NCBI GenBank assembly: GCA_951406725.2
Contig: OX597815.1
Coordinates: 23,250,001-23,314,000 of the forward strand
Source of the DNA: Octopus vulgaris
Taxonomy: Eukaryota
Direction of reading: 5' to 3'
DNA: 64,000 bases
Position numbers and translations under genes: made by a program. Of this stretch, positions 23,131 through 36,625 are shown piece after piece. The number at the start of each line of letters is the position of its first letter. Position 1 is the stretch's first letter. The notes below the pieces were generated by a model. That model did no database searches. It saw nothing but the letters and a program-made list of their open reading frames with translations, and was not told where the DNA came from.

Positions 23131-26100
23131 TATATATATATATATCATCATCATCATCATCGTTTAACGTCCGTTTTCCATGCTAGCATGGGTTGGACGG
23201 TTCGACTGGGGTCTGGGAGGCCAGGAGGCTGCACCAGGCTCCAATCTGATCTGGCAATGTTTCTACAGCTGGATGCTCTTCCTAACGCCAACCACTCTGA
23301 GAGTGTAGTGGGTGCTTTTTATGTGCCACCGGCACAGGGGCCAGGGGAGGCTGGCAAATGGCCACGATTGGTTGGTGCTTTTACGTGCCACCGTATATAT
23401 TACTCTTTTACTTGTTTCAGTCATTTGACTGCGGCCATGCTGGAGCACCGCCTTTAGTCGAGCAAATCGACCCCAGGACTTATTCTTTTGTAAGCCCAGT
23501 ACATATTCTATCGGTCTCTTTTGCCGAACCGCTAAGTAACGGGGACATAAACACACCAGCATCAGCTGTCAAGCAATGCTAGGAGGACAAACACAGACAC
23601 AAACACACACATGCATATATATATATATATATACATACATACGACGGGCTTCTTTCAGTTTCCGTCTATCAAATCCACTCACAAGGCTTTGGTCGGCCTG
23701 AGGCTATAGTAGAAGACACTTGCCCAAGGTGCCACGCAGTGGGACTGAACTCGGAACCATGTGGTTGGTAAACAAGCTACCTACCACACAGCCACACCTA
23801 TATATTTATTCATCAAAGTATACAGTATTTTATATCCATTATGGCTGATCTTACCGAGCGTGAAACCGACTGGTAAGATCAGCTGTAATGGATATATACT
23901 ATACACTGCAATGAATATACCCATTCTATTGACAGGTATACGAGTGCATTTTTTCCTGACTTATGAACTCTTTGATGACTTACACACATATCTAATATCT
24001 GTATGCGTATGGGAGTATGCCTTATTGGTTTGATTGACATTGTGTAAGAAATAAAAATTAGCATCACTGTCATATAGTGATGTCATTCATTTCCATTGTT
24101 CCATGAAAACATCAAGCCATGGGGAAATATTACCTCACTTGGAAACTGATGCGGGTTGTTGATAGGAAGATCATCCAGCTGTAGAAAACCTGCCTCAGTG
24201 AATTCCTTTCTGACCAGTAGAAAAGTTAATGCTAAAATGATGACAACAATGATTCCAAATATTTTATAGAACTACGATGTGGATTACTGTTGTACTTTTT
24301 AAAGGGTCATCAACTTTAATGTTAAGCATATTTTGTTCTTCTAAAGGGAGTCTGGCTTTTCAGATGTTGTCTTGGAAACTCCGACGTCTGGCAGCTGACT
24401 TGGCAGACACCCATAAAATCATTAACCATCTTACAAACAATAACTCTGAGCACCTTTTCAAACTCCACCTGTCTAACACCCGTGGACATGTTTACAAAGT
24501 CAGAAAACAGCACAGCTCCCATGACTTTCGGAAACATTTTTTCACGCTAAGAGTTGCTGAAGTATGGAATAAACTGCCGGCATCAGTTGTTAGTTGTCGG
24601 AGCACTGCATCCTTCAAAACTTCCATGCTTCTTGAGATTCGCCAACACTACACCTGATTATCTCCCCTCCATACACACGCAAGCATGTATCTGACTCATA
24701 CACTGTTCACTTCCCAGACATTTGTACATTACTGCATATACTTTATATGCACTTTTGACAAGTTGTGGTGCACCTGAACACTGTATACAATAATTTCATT
24801 ATTATTTTATTATTATCCTGTTATTGAGGCATGGTTACCATGGAGGTTTACTTGAGATTATCAGGCTAATCACTTGTTTATTCTTTCTAGTTTTTGGGTA
24901 GTGTGATGTGTGATGTTCATGAATAGTTTTGTGTTGAAGTGTACTTCCTTATTATGTATAACGGCAGCAGAGATATTGTTGAGTGAAACTAGGGTGTTCT
25001 GACCTAAGGAGACGATGATTTGTTGAAAAATTATGCTTTCAACAATATTTCCTTCCTTACATCAGCACAAACATGGCTGTGGTCAGAAGTCATGATTTCC
25101 TTGTCTTAGTCATGCACTTTAACCACTCAGGCGTTATACTTGTCGTCATTATTTTGACATTAATTAAGGTGGCGAGCTGGCAGAATCGTTAGTACACAGG
25201 GCAATATGCTTAGTAGTATTTTGCCTGTCACTATGTTCTGAGTTCAAATTCCACGAAGGTTGACTTTGCCTTTAATCCTTTTGGGGGTTGATAAATTAAG
25301 TAGCAGTTAAACACTGGGGTTGATGTAGTCGACTTGTCCCCTCCCCACAAATTTCAGGTCTTGTGCCTGTAGCAGAAAGGATTACTTGAACATTAATTGG
25401 GTGGGTATGTTGGTGTAATCAGTCACAACATGTATCAAGAAAGGGAGAGGTGTGGGTTCGATTCTCATGCGTACTGTTGCCCATTTTTTAAAAACAAGGC
25501 AGCGAGTGGCAGAATCATCAGCAAAGTGCTTTGTGGCATTTCATCCATCTTTATGTTCTGAGTTCAAATTCTGCCTAGGTTGACTTTGCCTTTCATCCTT
25601 TTGGGATTGATAAAATAAGTGTCAGTTGAGTTGGGGGTCAAAATTGGTTGGGGGTCAACATTCACCAGGAAATTTACATCCCCTGCATCCATTTCAAACA
25701 CTACCAGCTGTAAGCATGGGATTCCCTATCCCCTGATTAGGGCTGGAAAGGTCCTTACAAACTAGAAGCAGCCCAAGAGCAAAATTCTCTGCTTCCCCTC
25801 TTTTGGTCCAGATGACCTGGTCTAAAGGTGATAAAATTTGAAATCATTATTTTAACATCAATTTTTCTGAGTTAATATGGATAAAACAAATCTGCTTTAC
25901 AAAATCCCAATCTCTTGCCATCTTGTACTAAAATCTGACCTCAATATTACAATTATTCTTATACCTACCTTGAAGATGTTAAAGCTTATTGACTCAACTT
26001 TGGCCCAGCAGTGACTTTTATCTTCATGTGTTTTATTAAGAAGGTTCTTGGTCAATAGTGTATCAGTTCATGCAAGTGAATGGGGCTACAGCTGGTGCAG

Positions 26101-27189
26101 AATTTTAAGATTTTGGTAGTATTGGATGTAGACTTATACAGTGCATTTTTTGTCCCAGACAAAGGAAAAACTAAACTCCACAATAGGAAAATTATTGTGA
26201 GAAATACGGAATAACATTTTATTGCACAGTTACACTTTGTAAAAATACCAACTGAACATGACATCTCAAATAGAACAAAATAAAAATAAAATAAAGATTA
26301 CAGTAAAATCTAAACAATAAAAGACATTTCAGTCATAAAATCCTGAAAATATTTTGCTTATAGTTGACTATAGAAAGATTATATTAGATAAAATGTTATA
26401 ATGTGTTAATTCAAATGAAAATAAAAATAACATGTTGACATTTGCGGTGTCTAATACTATTATCTTGTAAAATTTAATTTGATTTGGTGGAGCTGTTTGA
26501 GAATGCATAGGGAACAGACAGATATACAGACAGACGGACAAACAAAGAATTTTATATATAGAGAGAGAGGTAGAGATAAGAAAGCATATTTTAATCTTCA
26601 AATCCTGAAAATATTTCACGTTATTACCATTTGGGAAAATTTCACACGGACATAACAAAACAAATGTTACAATTAAATTAGTATGGAAAAGGATTAAAGT
26701 GTGGTAAGTAGCTTGCATACAAACCACATAGTTTCGGGTTCAGTCCCACTGCGTGGCACCTTGGGCAAGTGTCTTCTACTAAAACCTTGGGCTGACCAAA
26801 GCCTTGTGAGTGGATTTGGTAGACAGAAACTGAAAGAAGCCCGTCGTATATATGTATATATATGTATGTGTGTGTGTATGTGCGTGTATATGTTTGTGTG
26901 TCTGTGTTTGTTCCCCCAACATCGCTTGACAACCGATGCTGGTGTGTTTACGTCCCCGTAACTTAGTGGTTCGGCAAAAGAGACCGATAGAAAAAGTACT
27001 AGGCTTACAAAGAATAAGTCCTGGGGTCGATTTGTTTGACTAAAGGTGGTGCTCCAGTATGGCCACAGTCAAAATGACTGAAACAAGTAAAAGAGTAAAA
27101 AGAATAAATACTAAACGTATGAGTATAAGGAAACTATTTCACTCTTCAAATCCTGAAAACTGACTGCACTCATCCATAGCCCCAAAACC

Positions 27190-28370
27190 AGAAAATTCTT
27201 CAGGTTTCTCAATATTGTCTGAATATTTTCAAACAGAATGTCATCTTCAGTACCATCTAATGCATTACTGATGTCACATTTAAAAAAAAATTTTACTACT
27301 ACTTCAATTTTCACAGCATTCCATGATTTCAGAACTCACTCACACACCTGAGCAATTCATGGGCTTTTCAGACGACCTGTTGGTGTTAAGTCATGGTCCT
27401 TGGCTCTCATCCACTGATTCAACTCTTCTTTCATAAAAGATTAATACGTCCAGTGGTTGTAGTTGGCTTGTTAAACCACCAGGGATCACTGCACCTATTC
27501 CTTAATAGCTTTTGTTTTGAGGGCACGAAACTGGTCCCGCATAAGAAGGGATGGTTTTTTAAGGAGACCACTGGAATACCTTGACCAGACCTTATCTAAC
27601 CATAACTTCACTTTCTCTTCATCTATTCACCCCTTTGGGTGGATGTGAGCAAAAATTCCATGTGGAATTTTGGTAAAATTTTCCTCTTGGAAATAAGCTG
27701 CAGTGGTAGTTTTGTTCCATCAGCAGAATACAATAGTACTACAGTATAATGGGTTTTCTCATGTCCAGATGTCTTTACACTTATGGTTTTAGACCCTTTA
27801 ACACTCACTATTCTATTTGATACCACATCAAATGTTAGTGACACCTCATCCATGTTTCTGATCTGACCCAGTTCGTAGTCAGTCTCTTTACTTGCACTGA
27901 TAATGAACCTGTGAAATTCAATTATTTTGTTATCATAATCTTCAGGCACTTTTTGTGCTATTTTTGTTTTCATTCCTATTGCCAGTCCATACCTCTTCAT
28001 AAATCTGTAACACCAGCTTGATGTGATACGAAATCATCCTGACCTCATGCTGCTGACCTCACTTTTGATTCATTAATAATCATTTTTATTGATATTGCAA
28101 GACTTGAATTTCTCTCTGCAACCATCCACTCCTTCATCTCATGCTCCAGTTCTGGCCACTTAGCTGCAGTCTGATGCAGGTTATGTTTAAGAGTTGATGC
28201 AAGCTTCAACAGGTCCTCTTCTTTCTTCTAGTAGTGGATCATTTTCACTGTTGGTGGTGCTCTAAAATGCCTTTCTGCAGCCCTGTTGCCATGCTGTTTG
28301 TCATATTCAATCACTTGTAGTTTGTAGCCAATTATGTAACAGTATCTTCAGCTTGAGGTTGCCATAATAA
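27190..28370 (-). mobile_element. Decayed pogo-family (POGK-like, DDE_1) transposase
   Basis: MKRYGL...KIAQKVP...YELGQIRNMDEVSLTFD...KTSGHEKTHYTVVL...ADGTKLP; stops and frameshifts elsewhere. Confidence 0.8.
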
Positions 28371-28989
28371 TGGTTGTGCTAAAAATCTTAAGTAAAATCT
28401 GGAATTGCAAATCACTCCTGATGTCGGCAGGTCCAGGTTTGAACTGGTTAAGACCCTGGCTTTCAGAGATCAAGGAAGAAGCCTATGTTGCTGTCTGAAC
28501 ACAACACATTTCATCACAGAGTGAGTCAGTGATTACAATAGTATTGTTAAACCCTTTTGACATACTGCAGTTTTACTTCTTTTGTGACTTAATAATGTTC
28601 CCTTAAAGTTAGGTTGTTTGAAGAGAGTGACAATACCAGCAATATACATACACATGTAAAATATCACTCAGCAGTTGCCTTGCCTAACATACACTCCCCA
28701 TATCATCATCATTGTTTAACATCCACTTTCCATGCTAGCATGGGTTGGACGATTTGACTGAGGACTGGCAAACCAGATGGCTACACCAGGCTCCAATCTG
28801 ATCTGGCAGAGTTTCAACAGCTGGATGCCCTTCCTAACACCATATGCTCTTCCTAACGCCAGGATGCCCTTCCTAACGCCATACTAGAATGAATTTCTGT
28901 GATTGCATATATTTTAAAAATTTCTTACGATTCTTTTGTTTATTTACTATTTTAACAAAATATAATTCATACGCTTCACTGAGAGGTCA

Positions 28990-29765
28990 TATACAGGGGT
29001 TCAGATTACTGTCTAGCATAGATAATTTTCCTCTGGAGTTAGGATATGCCTATAAAAAATGCAACCTTCAGCCTCCAGGATGCATGGTAGATTTTCAAAA
29101 CTTATTTTAAGGAAAAAATAACGTCTTTGACGCTGGGAAATATGGTATATACAAGATCTGTCTGTAAACTAACAGGACTGGTGTTGCAAACAATTTATTG
29201 TAGTGAATGATGAAAGTGTCATGGACCCACACTTCATTGAGTCTGGCTTGAAGATCAGCACAAAGGAATATCTGGAAATCCCGAAGAACTCTCTGTTACC
29301 TTGGATGGAGCAAAAGTTTGTGCTTGACAATGTGGTGCTTATCCAGCATAGTGCACCATGGCATGAGTCAAAAGCAATACAGGCCTTCCTTTGTGAGAAA
29401 GAGCCATTTTTTGTAAGAGGTAACATCTGGCCCAGTAACAACCCAGATCTCAACCTTCTCAATTACTTTTTATGGCGCATATTTTAAGCAAGGACCAATG
29501 CTTCACCACACTTGAGCGTCAACAGTCTGAAGACCTGCATTGTGTGTGCGACATGCAAAATCAAAAGGGGAGAAGTTGTAGCAGCTGTAAAAAAATTTTA
29601 TTCTCATGTGGAGGCAGTAATTGCCCAAAACGGTAGCCATATTTAGTGATAGATGTCTTTGTTGTAATAAATGTTACATTAAAATTATATCTATCCACTA
29701 AAATTATTTTAGTATTTATAACCAGTTTTATGCATCATAAAAATTGCCTCATCTGCAAAACCATG
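28990..29765 (+). mobile_element. Decayed Tc1-like transposon
   Basis: LIQHSAPWHES...WPSNNPDLNLLNYFLW resembles the Tc1 QDxAPxH and WPxxSPDLNP motifs; boundaries approximate. Confidence 0.7.
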
Positions 29766-29769
29766 TATG

Positions 29770-29803
<34 letters not shown>

Positions 29804-30446
29804 TGTATGTATGTATCATCATCATCATCATCATCATCGTTTAACGTCCGTTCTCCATGCTAGCATGGGTTGGACGGTTTGACCGGGGATCTGGGAAGCC
29901 AGAAGGCTGCACCAGGCTCCAGTCTGATCTGGCAGTGTTTCTACAGCTGGATGCCCTTCCTAACGCCAACCACTCCGTGAGTGTAGTGGGTGCTTTTTAC
30001 GTGCCACCGGCACAGGTGCCAGGCGAAGCTGGCAACGGCCACGATCGGTTTGGTGCTTTTTACGTGCCACCGGCACGGAAGCCAGTCTAGGTGGAGCTGG
30101 CATCAGCCACATTTGGATGGTGCTTTTTATGTGCCACCGGCACAGGTGCCAGGCAAGGCTGGCAATGGCCACGATCGGTTTGGTGCTTTTTACATGCCAC
30201 CGGCATGGAAGCCAGTCAAGGCGGCGCTGGCATCAGCCATGTTCGTTTGGTGCTTTTTACATGCCACCGGCACAGAAGCCAGTCTAGGCGGTGCTGACAT
30301 CAGCCACATTTGGATGGTGCTTTTTATGTGCCACCGGCACAGGGATCACAACTGCAGTTTCCATTGATTTTTGATGTTGGTGTACTTGACTCAATGGATC
30401 TCCTCAAGCACAGGGTCGAAGCAGTGTTTCTTTACTTGCAATAGTA

Positions 30447-30481
<35 letters not shown>

Positions 30482-30677
30482 TCATCATCGTTTAACATCC
30501 ACTTTCCATGCTGACATGGGTTGGACGGTGTGACAGGAGCTGGCCAAGCAGGGGCCTGCATCAAACTGCTGTGTTTGTTTTGGCAGGGTTTTTATGGCCA
30601 GATGCCCTAGGTAGCAGAAGCTATCAACTGCTTCTAGTTTTTCCCCTCTGGCATACGGTGGAATCTGTTATATATAT

Positions 30678-30990
30678 ATCATCATCATCATTGTTTGACC
30701 GTGGTCGAGACAATGGAATTTACCATGCTACGTCAGACTTCACGGTCCATCATGGCATTACAGAGGTCATGTTGCTGGATGCCTGTATCCCTGGAGATTA
30801 CATCAGGGTAGGAGAGTGTGCACCCTCTGGTATTGCGAGTAGATGGCTTCCAGAGGAGAAGAGTAGAAATTACCTCTTTTTCAGCTCTACAACAATGTCC
30901 AGCAAACTGGACTCTCCTACCTTTCACATATATATAAGGGATGACCTGTAAGTGGACATCCATTATGCTAGAAGATCTGCTATGGTCTTT
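30678..30990 (-). mobile_element. RTE-type LINE 3' fragment with (GAT)n tail
   Basis: RRVQFAGHCCRAEKEVISTLLLWKP...YPDVISRDTG...AMMDREV. Confidence 0.75.
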
Positions 30991-31079
30991 CCACTAAGAA
31001 AGGAATGTTCTCAAGAAAAATTTAGCAAATGCCAAAACGTAAGCGAGCAAGACAAATAAAAAGATACAAAATATAGATT

Positions 31080-31156
31080 AATCACAAACCATGGTTTCGT
31101 TGTTAATGCTTACATTATCATTTATGTAATCATCCGCAAAACTTGTCAGTATGATT
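31080..31156 (-). ncRNA. Degenerate hammerhead-like motif (G8 to A)
   Basis: Minus strand: aaucaua CUGACAA guu...aac GAA ACCAUGGU U ugugauu; 7-bp stem I, perfectly palindromic stem III, GUU triplet. Confidence 0.55.
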
Positions 31157-31609
31157 GTATTAGCAACCATAATTTGCAGAACTATACTCGAGACATCTGC
31201 ATGAGATTGAATATGTATACAGTTCTACCAATTACACTTGGAGTCACTTTTCAAAAGCCTTTGTTATGGTGTGCTAAACTACCGTAAATATTTCTGCAGA
31301 AAATAATACTCTGCAGTGAATTTTGCAGGTTAGAGAACATAGCTATTTAAATTTAAATTTAAAATATATTTAAAATATATTTTAAATTTTAAATTTATAT
31401 TTTAAATATTTAAAATTTAAAATTTAAATTTATATATATATATATATATATGAATTAGAGAAGAACCACCTTTTATCAATTCAATAATGAAATAACAATG
31501 AGATAATTAAATTATGCCATATAGAAAAAAATTAAATATACAATAAAAATATATACCAATAATTAAGTAAAGTACAAAATAATAAATAAAAAGTATATAA
31601 TTGGTAAAA

Positions 31610-31697
31610 GGACTACACGTGTTTCATGGCTATATTTTCAAAAAACTGATAACAGTAAAATCAATTCAATTTAAATATAGTCACTCTTCAAGTGACC
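31610..31697 (-). ncRNA. Degenerate hammerhead-like motif
   Basis: Minus strand: ac UUGAAGA gugacuauauuu...aaauauagccau GAA ACACGUGU A gucc; ~12-bp stem II, palindromic stem III, weak stem I. Confidence 0.45.
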
Positions 31698-32763
31698 AGC
31701 AGCAGCATCGTAGCCACAACTTCTTGTAAGACATGTATCTCGACCTGCTCTGCATTACAGCCACAACTTCTTAATACAGCATTTCAACTATCATGTACCT
31801 TGACTATGAACTGGTATTTATCATCCTTGTGTCTGAACATTCTTCTAACATCATATTATAGACTCTTTCAATGCTCTGTACTTACGGCACATGCATACAT
31901 CCCTGCTTGTACACACACACACACACACTTTGTTCTTTATGACAGCCTGTCTATTATTATGCATATATGACACACACACATGTTAACATATAAACATATT
32001 CTTTTCATATTTATTGTATCAACCGTGTGATGTGCAAAGGAGCCATTCTCGTCACCTCACTTCGCACGGTCGTTTACACTTATTACCAAGTTGTTTCCAC
32101 TTAGATAGTAAATAAAATACACACTGATTGAAGTTATTTTCTGCATGTAACCCCCCCCCCCACAAAAAAAAAAAAAACAATTGTGCTTGTCCATAAAAGT
32201 GGTCTCCTGTGTGTGATCTCTGATAACATAGGAAAATGCTGCACATTGAGAGCAAAGTTTCACTTAAAAAATTTATGATAGAGCTTCTAGTTCCAACAGA
32301 ATGTCTGAAGACCACTCGTCTGAAGCTTTTCTATTTGAGGTTGCTAGTATTTATATGATGCTTGTGAAATGCATAAGATCTGAATTTGTAATCCAGTAGT
32401 TTGCCAATGTATACCGATTCTGATACAGCAATGTTGAGATTTAAAGCAAATCTATAGAGAATATTTTCCTGAGAGATAGTCTAAAACCGTTTTATGTGTT
32501 CACATAATTCTCTGTTACAAGTGGAATATTATAAATGTCATTATTATATATATACAGCATAATAGCTGCCATTAATGTTCAACATCATAACTATTGTCAT
32601 ATACATACATGATGTTGCAAAATGTCATTGTATATATGGCATAATATAAATGCTGCTGTGTATGTGTAATGTTAAAAACAGTTATTGATTACAAAATAAC
32701 TACATATTTACAATGAAATATGAATATTAAAGTCTAACCACTTTCATTCTTTGCAATGTGTAG

Positions 32764-32899
32764 CTGTTTATATAAGAACCATCACAAGAACTTGGCTAAA
32801 CTACATTAGGCTAGTGAAAAAAAAAAAGCAAGACAAAGCAATGGGAATTAAAACTGTAATGGAACACAACTGGAATTATTTACAGAAAATATTTCTAAG
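32764..32899 (+). CDS. Candidate internal exon of an unidentified second gene
   Basis: Non-repetitive 136 nt between gtgtag| and a strong |gtaaga donor; only one frame is open: VYIRTITRTWLNYIRLVKKKKQDKAMGIKTVMEHNWNYLQKIFL(R). No homologue recognised with certainty. Confidence 0.35.
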
Positions 32900-34287
32900 G
32901 TAAGATACTTCAGTGTTTTATTATTAATGTCACATTTTTTCTTATTTTATTTTACATCTGTGAAGTGTGAGGAAAATGAACGAAATTGCAATATTTTTGT
33001 AGTTGTTTAGGTAGTGGGTAGCGATTTTCTTCGCTATTTCAGGGAATGACGATCCTGCCTGACATGGGTCCCGGGCTCAGTGGGCTCCGTATGGGCCCCT
33101 ATCCAGGGTTACAGAAAGGAGACAACCTTCAAAGAAATCCGGAGTGGAGCCCTGTAGGTGGTTTAGTGTTCATCTCAACACTCTTCCGGCAGCTCCTGCA
33201 ACCAAATTAGTATCAAATGTAATGCTCTGCACTCCTTTGGACTACATCAGTAAGGTCGAGAGAGGAATCCTGACGATTGGGCTACCCAGGATTTTCTTAC
33301 ATCTAACCAGGCCTGTGCAAAACTGGAGAGGAAACTGGAGAGGACATGAAATGTAAAAACCAGACTGGATTAGTTTAAACACAACTCCATTGTCTCCTGA
33401 GACAAAAGGATACCCAAAAAAAAAAAAATGTAGCTGTGGTGGTAGTAAACCTGTTAGAGGAAGGAGAGGTAGGCGTGTTGACTTGATTAAATTATCTGTT
33501 TTTATCTTAAACAATTTAAGTGTTTATGTGTTAAAATAGTTAATAATATCATGCAGTTGTGACTGTGTTTGTCATATCTAAATAGTCCTCGAGTGGAGGC
33601 ATCCTGTATTATGTTTCAGCATATGAATTGTCCAGAATGAGTCATAAACTTTAATCTGGATCTCCGGCATGATTGGATGGAAAGTTGAGAATGTTCAATT
33701 GCTTGAATACAAAGTGAAAGCAGAAGAGAGTTTTTGCTCAACGCCATAGAAAAAGCAGTCACATTGTCCTCAAGTTCCTGGAGGCATTTTGTCTGAATAA
33801 ATGACAGGCTGTTTGGAATGTTTTTAATCACAGCTCTGTTTGTTGTTTGTTCCTTCTCGAGCCATGCCTGGCTTATTAGGGTCGGTTTCCCGGTTTCCTT
33901 GGCATATAGATTCCCCACCTGGACGGGACGCTGGTCCGTCGCAGGTGAGCTGAAAGATGCAGGAGGAAAGAGTGAGAGAAAGTTGTGGCGAAAGAGTCAG
34001 CAGAAGTTCGCCATTACCTTCTGCCGGAGCTGAGTGGAGCTTAGGTGTTTCGCTCATAAACATACACATCGCCTGGTCTGAGATTTGAACCCACGATCCT
34101 TTGACCGTGAGTCCACTGCTCTAACCACTAGGCCATCTGCCTCCACTCAGCTCTGTTTAGTCTGGACTGATATACAGCTAAACAACAATAACAACAGCTC
34201 AAGGACCAAAGATAGCTTAATTGAAAATCTAATTTACATACATTCGTTACACAGATCAGTGGAGTACATTGAACAAGTGTGTTGAAA

Positions 34288-34698
34288 TCTTTATATATAA
34301 AAGTGAAGTTGTGTGTCTGTCTCCTATGATTTAGATTCCTAACTACTCCCACATTTTGCGGTGCAGTTTAATGAATTGTATGTATATATGTGTACATATC
34401 TTATAGTCGTGATTCATATCGAGCCCTTCTGGGTATTAGCGCGCGTCTATGATGAGTCTACGATTTAAAAAAAAAAAATTACCATCAATTTTTCCCATTT
34501 TTTAATGCATTTTTGGCATATATAAGGGAAGTAACTCTCTAAAAATTTATTATTAAATCTCAGAACGTAAAAAGCTACAGTAACACCCCCACCTTTGTGG
34601 TTAGCCATATTGAGATGGCTATTATACTTTACATCTCTAAAAATGCTTATATAGTTATTTCCCTTACAAACCCGAGCAACGCCGGGCGATACTGCTAG
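34288..34698 (+). mobile_element. Non-autonomous Helitron (subfamily 2); copies at 43526-43823(-) and 60179-60562(+)
   Basis: A|TCTTTATATATAAAAG...cccgagcaacgccggg-cgatactgCTAG|T. Confidence 0.88.
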
Positions 34699-35466
34699 TC
34701 TTGTATAAAAATAAAATCTTATTCTAAATTTTATGGAGGTAATAAAAAATCAGTTGTTCAAAACACAAGATAGACTGATAAGAAGAAAATAGTATGTGGA
34801 TGACTAATTGGATAGGTTAGCAGACAATAGGGACCTTTATGTTGATACTCAATCTACTTGGAATAAAAATCATATCTCTCTCTAATCATACCTCATTGTC
34901 TTTTATTAAAGATGGGAAGATACATCAAATAATGTACTCTTACATATACTGTCTGAAAACAGAGAAGCATGTTAGTGCATGGAAAACCTTTGAAGGGACA
35001 CTAGGCTATTTCAATCATTGGGGTTCAAGAAAAGGATTAGTTATTTTTCCTGTTAAATAGTTGTATTTTGGACGTTTATTAAATGTATGGGCATGACTAT
35101 GTGGTTAAGAAGCTTGCTTCCCAACCATATGATTTCAGGTTCAATCCCACTTCATAGCACCTTCGGCAAGTATCTTTTAAGGTCTAGCCACTGACCACAC
35201 AGGACACAGCCAGTTCCAGCGACAACACAACAACAGTGGCCTTGTGAGTGAATTTGGTAGGCAGAAGTTAGGCTGTGGGTATATGTGTGTGTGTGAAAGT
35301 GCTCATGCATACTTTGATAGATAGAAGGGAAAATTTACAAGATTTCTAAAAGAAATTTCTTCAAAGAATCTTATTCTTGCAAGAACTTTGGAAACTTGTT
35401 CAACTCAATTCCAAACACCCGATCAGCAATGACATCTCTGTTCCTGCACACAACCACAACTGTAGA

Positions 35467-35990
35467 CAGGGCTGGCCTTAAGCTGATTGGACCAATTGCT
35501 CCTAATCAGGCTCCGTGCTCAAGAAGACCACATTCTATACAGCAACCTTTCATAAAGGTAGTCTCCCTGAAGTCTTTTAGAAAAATCTACAAGGTCTTTC
35601 AAAAAGAAAAAAAAAACATACTTTCTACACTTTAGAGACACAAGATACATTAAACGATGATGATGATACATATATATGCATAGCATCATCATCATCGTTT
35701 AACGTCCATTTTCCATGCTGGCATGTGTCGGACATTTTGACAGGGGCCAACATGCCAGGGGCTACGTCTGGCACCCTTCTGGTTTGGCATGATTTTTGTG
35801 ACAGGATGCCTTTCCTAATGCCACCACTTTACAGCGTGGACTGAGTGCTTTTATGTGGCACTGCACAGCTGGGTTTTTATATTTTTTATGTTTTTATGAT
35901 TCTATAGACCTTAGTGCATGTTGACTGGGAACGTGGAGCTCACCAAAATTTTTCCCAGTTGAGCCCCCACACCTTTTAAGGTCGGCCCTG
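35467..35990. mobile_element. hAT-type MITE with 8-bp TSD
   Basis: TIRs cagggctggccttaa / ttaaggtcggccctg flanked by a perfect ACTGTAGA duplication (35459-35466, 35991-35998). Confidence 0.85.
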
Positions 35991-36586
35991 ACTGTAGACA
36001 TCCATCTAAATGACCATCTAATAATATTTCTGTCACCAATTGTTTGGTGTATTACACTGAAGTAGAGTTGAATGATGACTTTATATACAAATTCTATTTG
36101 GGTCAGTCAAAACAAAGAACTATTGTTTGTTTTTCAATTTTAGTTATAATTGTGCAGAAGTCTCCTAAAATTATTGCTCCTCATAATCTTTTATCTTTTA
36201 TAACTAAATTTTCTCATTATTTTATTATTCACTATCTTACCAGCTTCTTAAATTTCATTTATATCTTGGGTTTTATAACTACTTTGGTGTTTTATTTCTA
36301 ATAATTTTTTAATCTTTTCTATAATATTTCTGCACTCAATTGGAAGCTCAATTATGTTCCTAGTAACTCTATATATTCAAAATAAAAAAAATTATCTTAC
36401 CACTCACCATATTTCATCTGAGGAACTGAGACATAAAATTATGAGTTATGATATAAGTATACATAATGAATTGATTGCATCACAATCATTAACATTTACG
36501 TATTAACTTTGTTGGGTACTTCACTAGCAGTATATTGGATATATGTTATCCCATGGAGGGTTGCATTTACAACCCCTATCTCAATT

Positions 36587-36622
<36 letters not shown>

Positions 36623-36625
<3 letters not shown>

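Noticed and set aside
29985-30345. CRISPR-like repeat-spacer pattern
   Set aside because: Spacers are themselves repeated, the context is eukaryotic with no cas genes, and the array is part of the RTE 3'UTR repeat.
34892-36425. Minus-strand exon candidates at 34892-34952 and 36408-36425
   Set aside because: Good-looking splice signals, but the first has stops in all three frames and the second is only 18 nt; no coherent reading frame links them.
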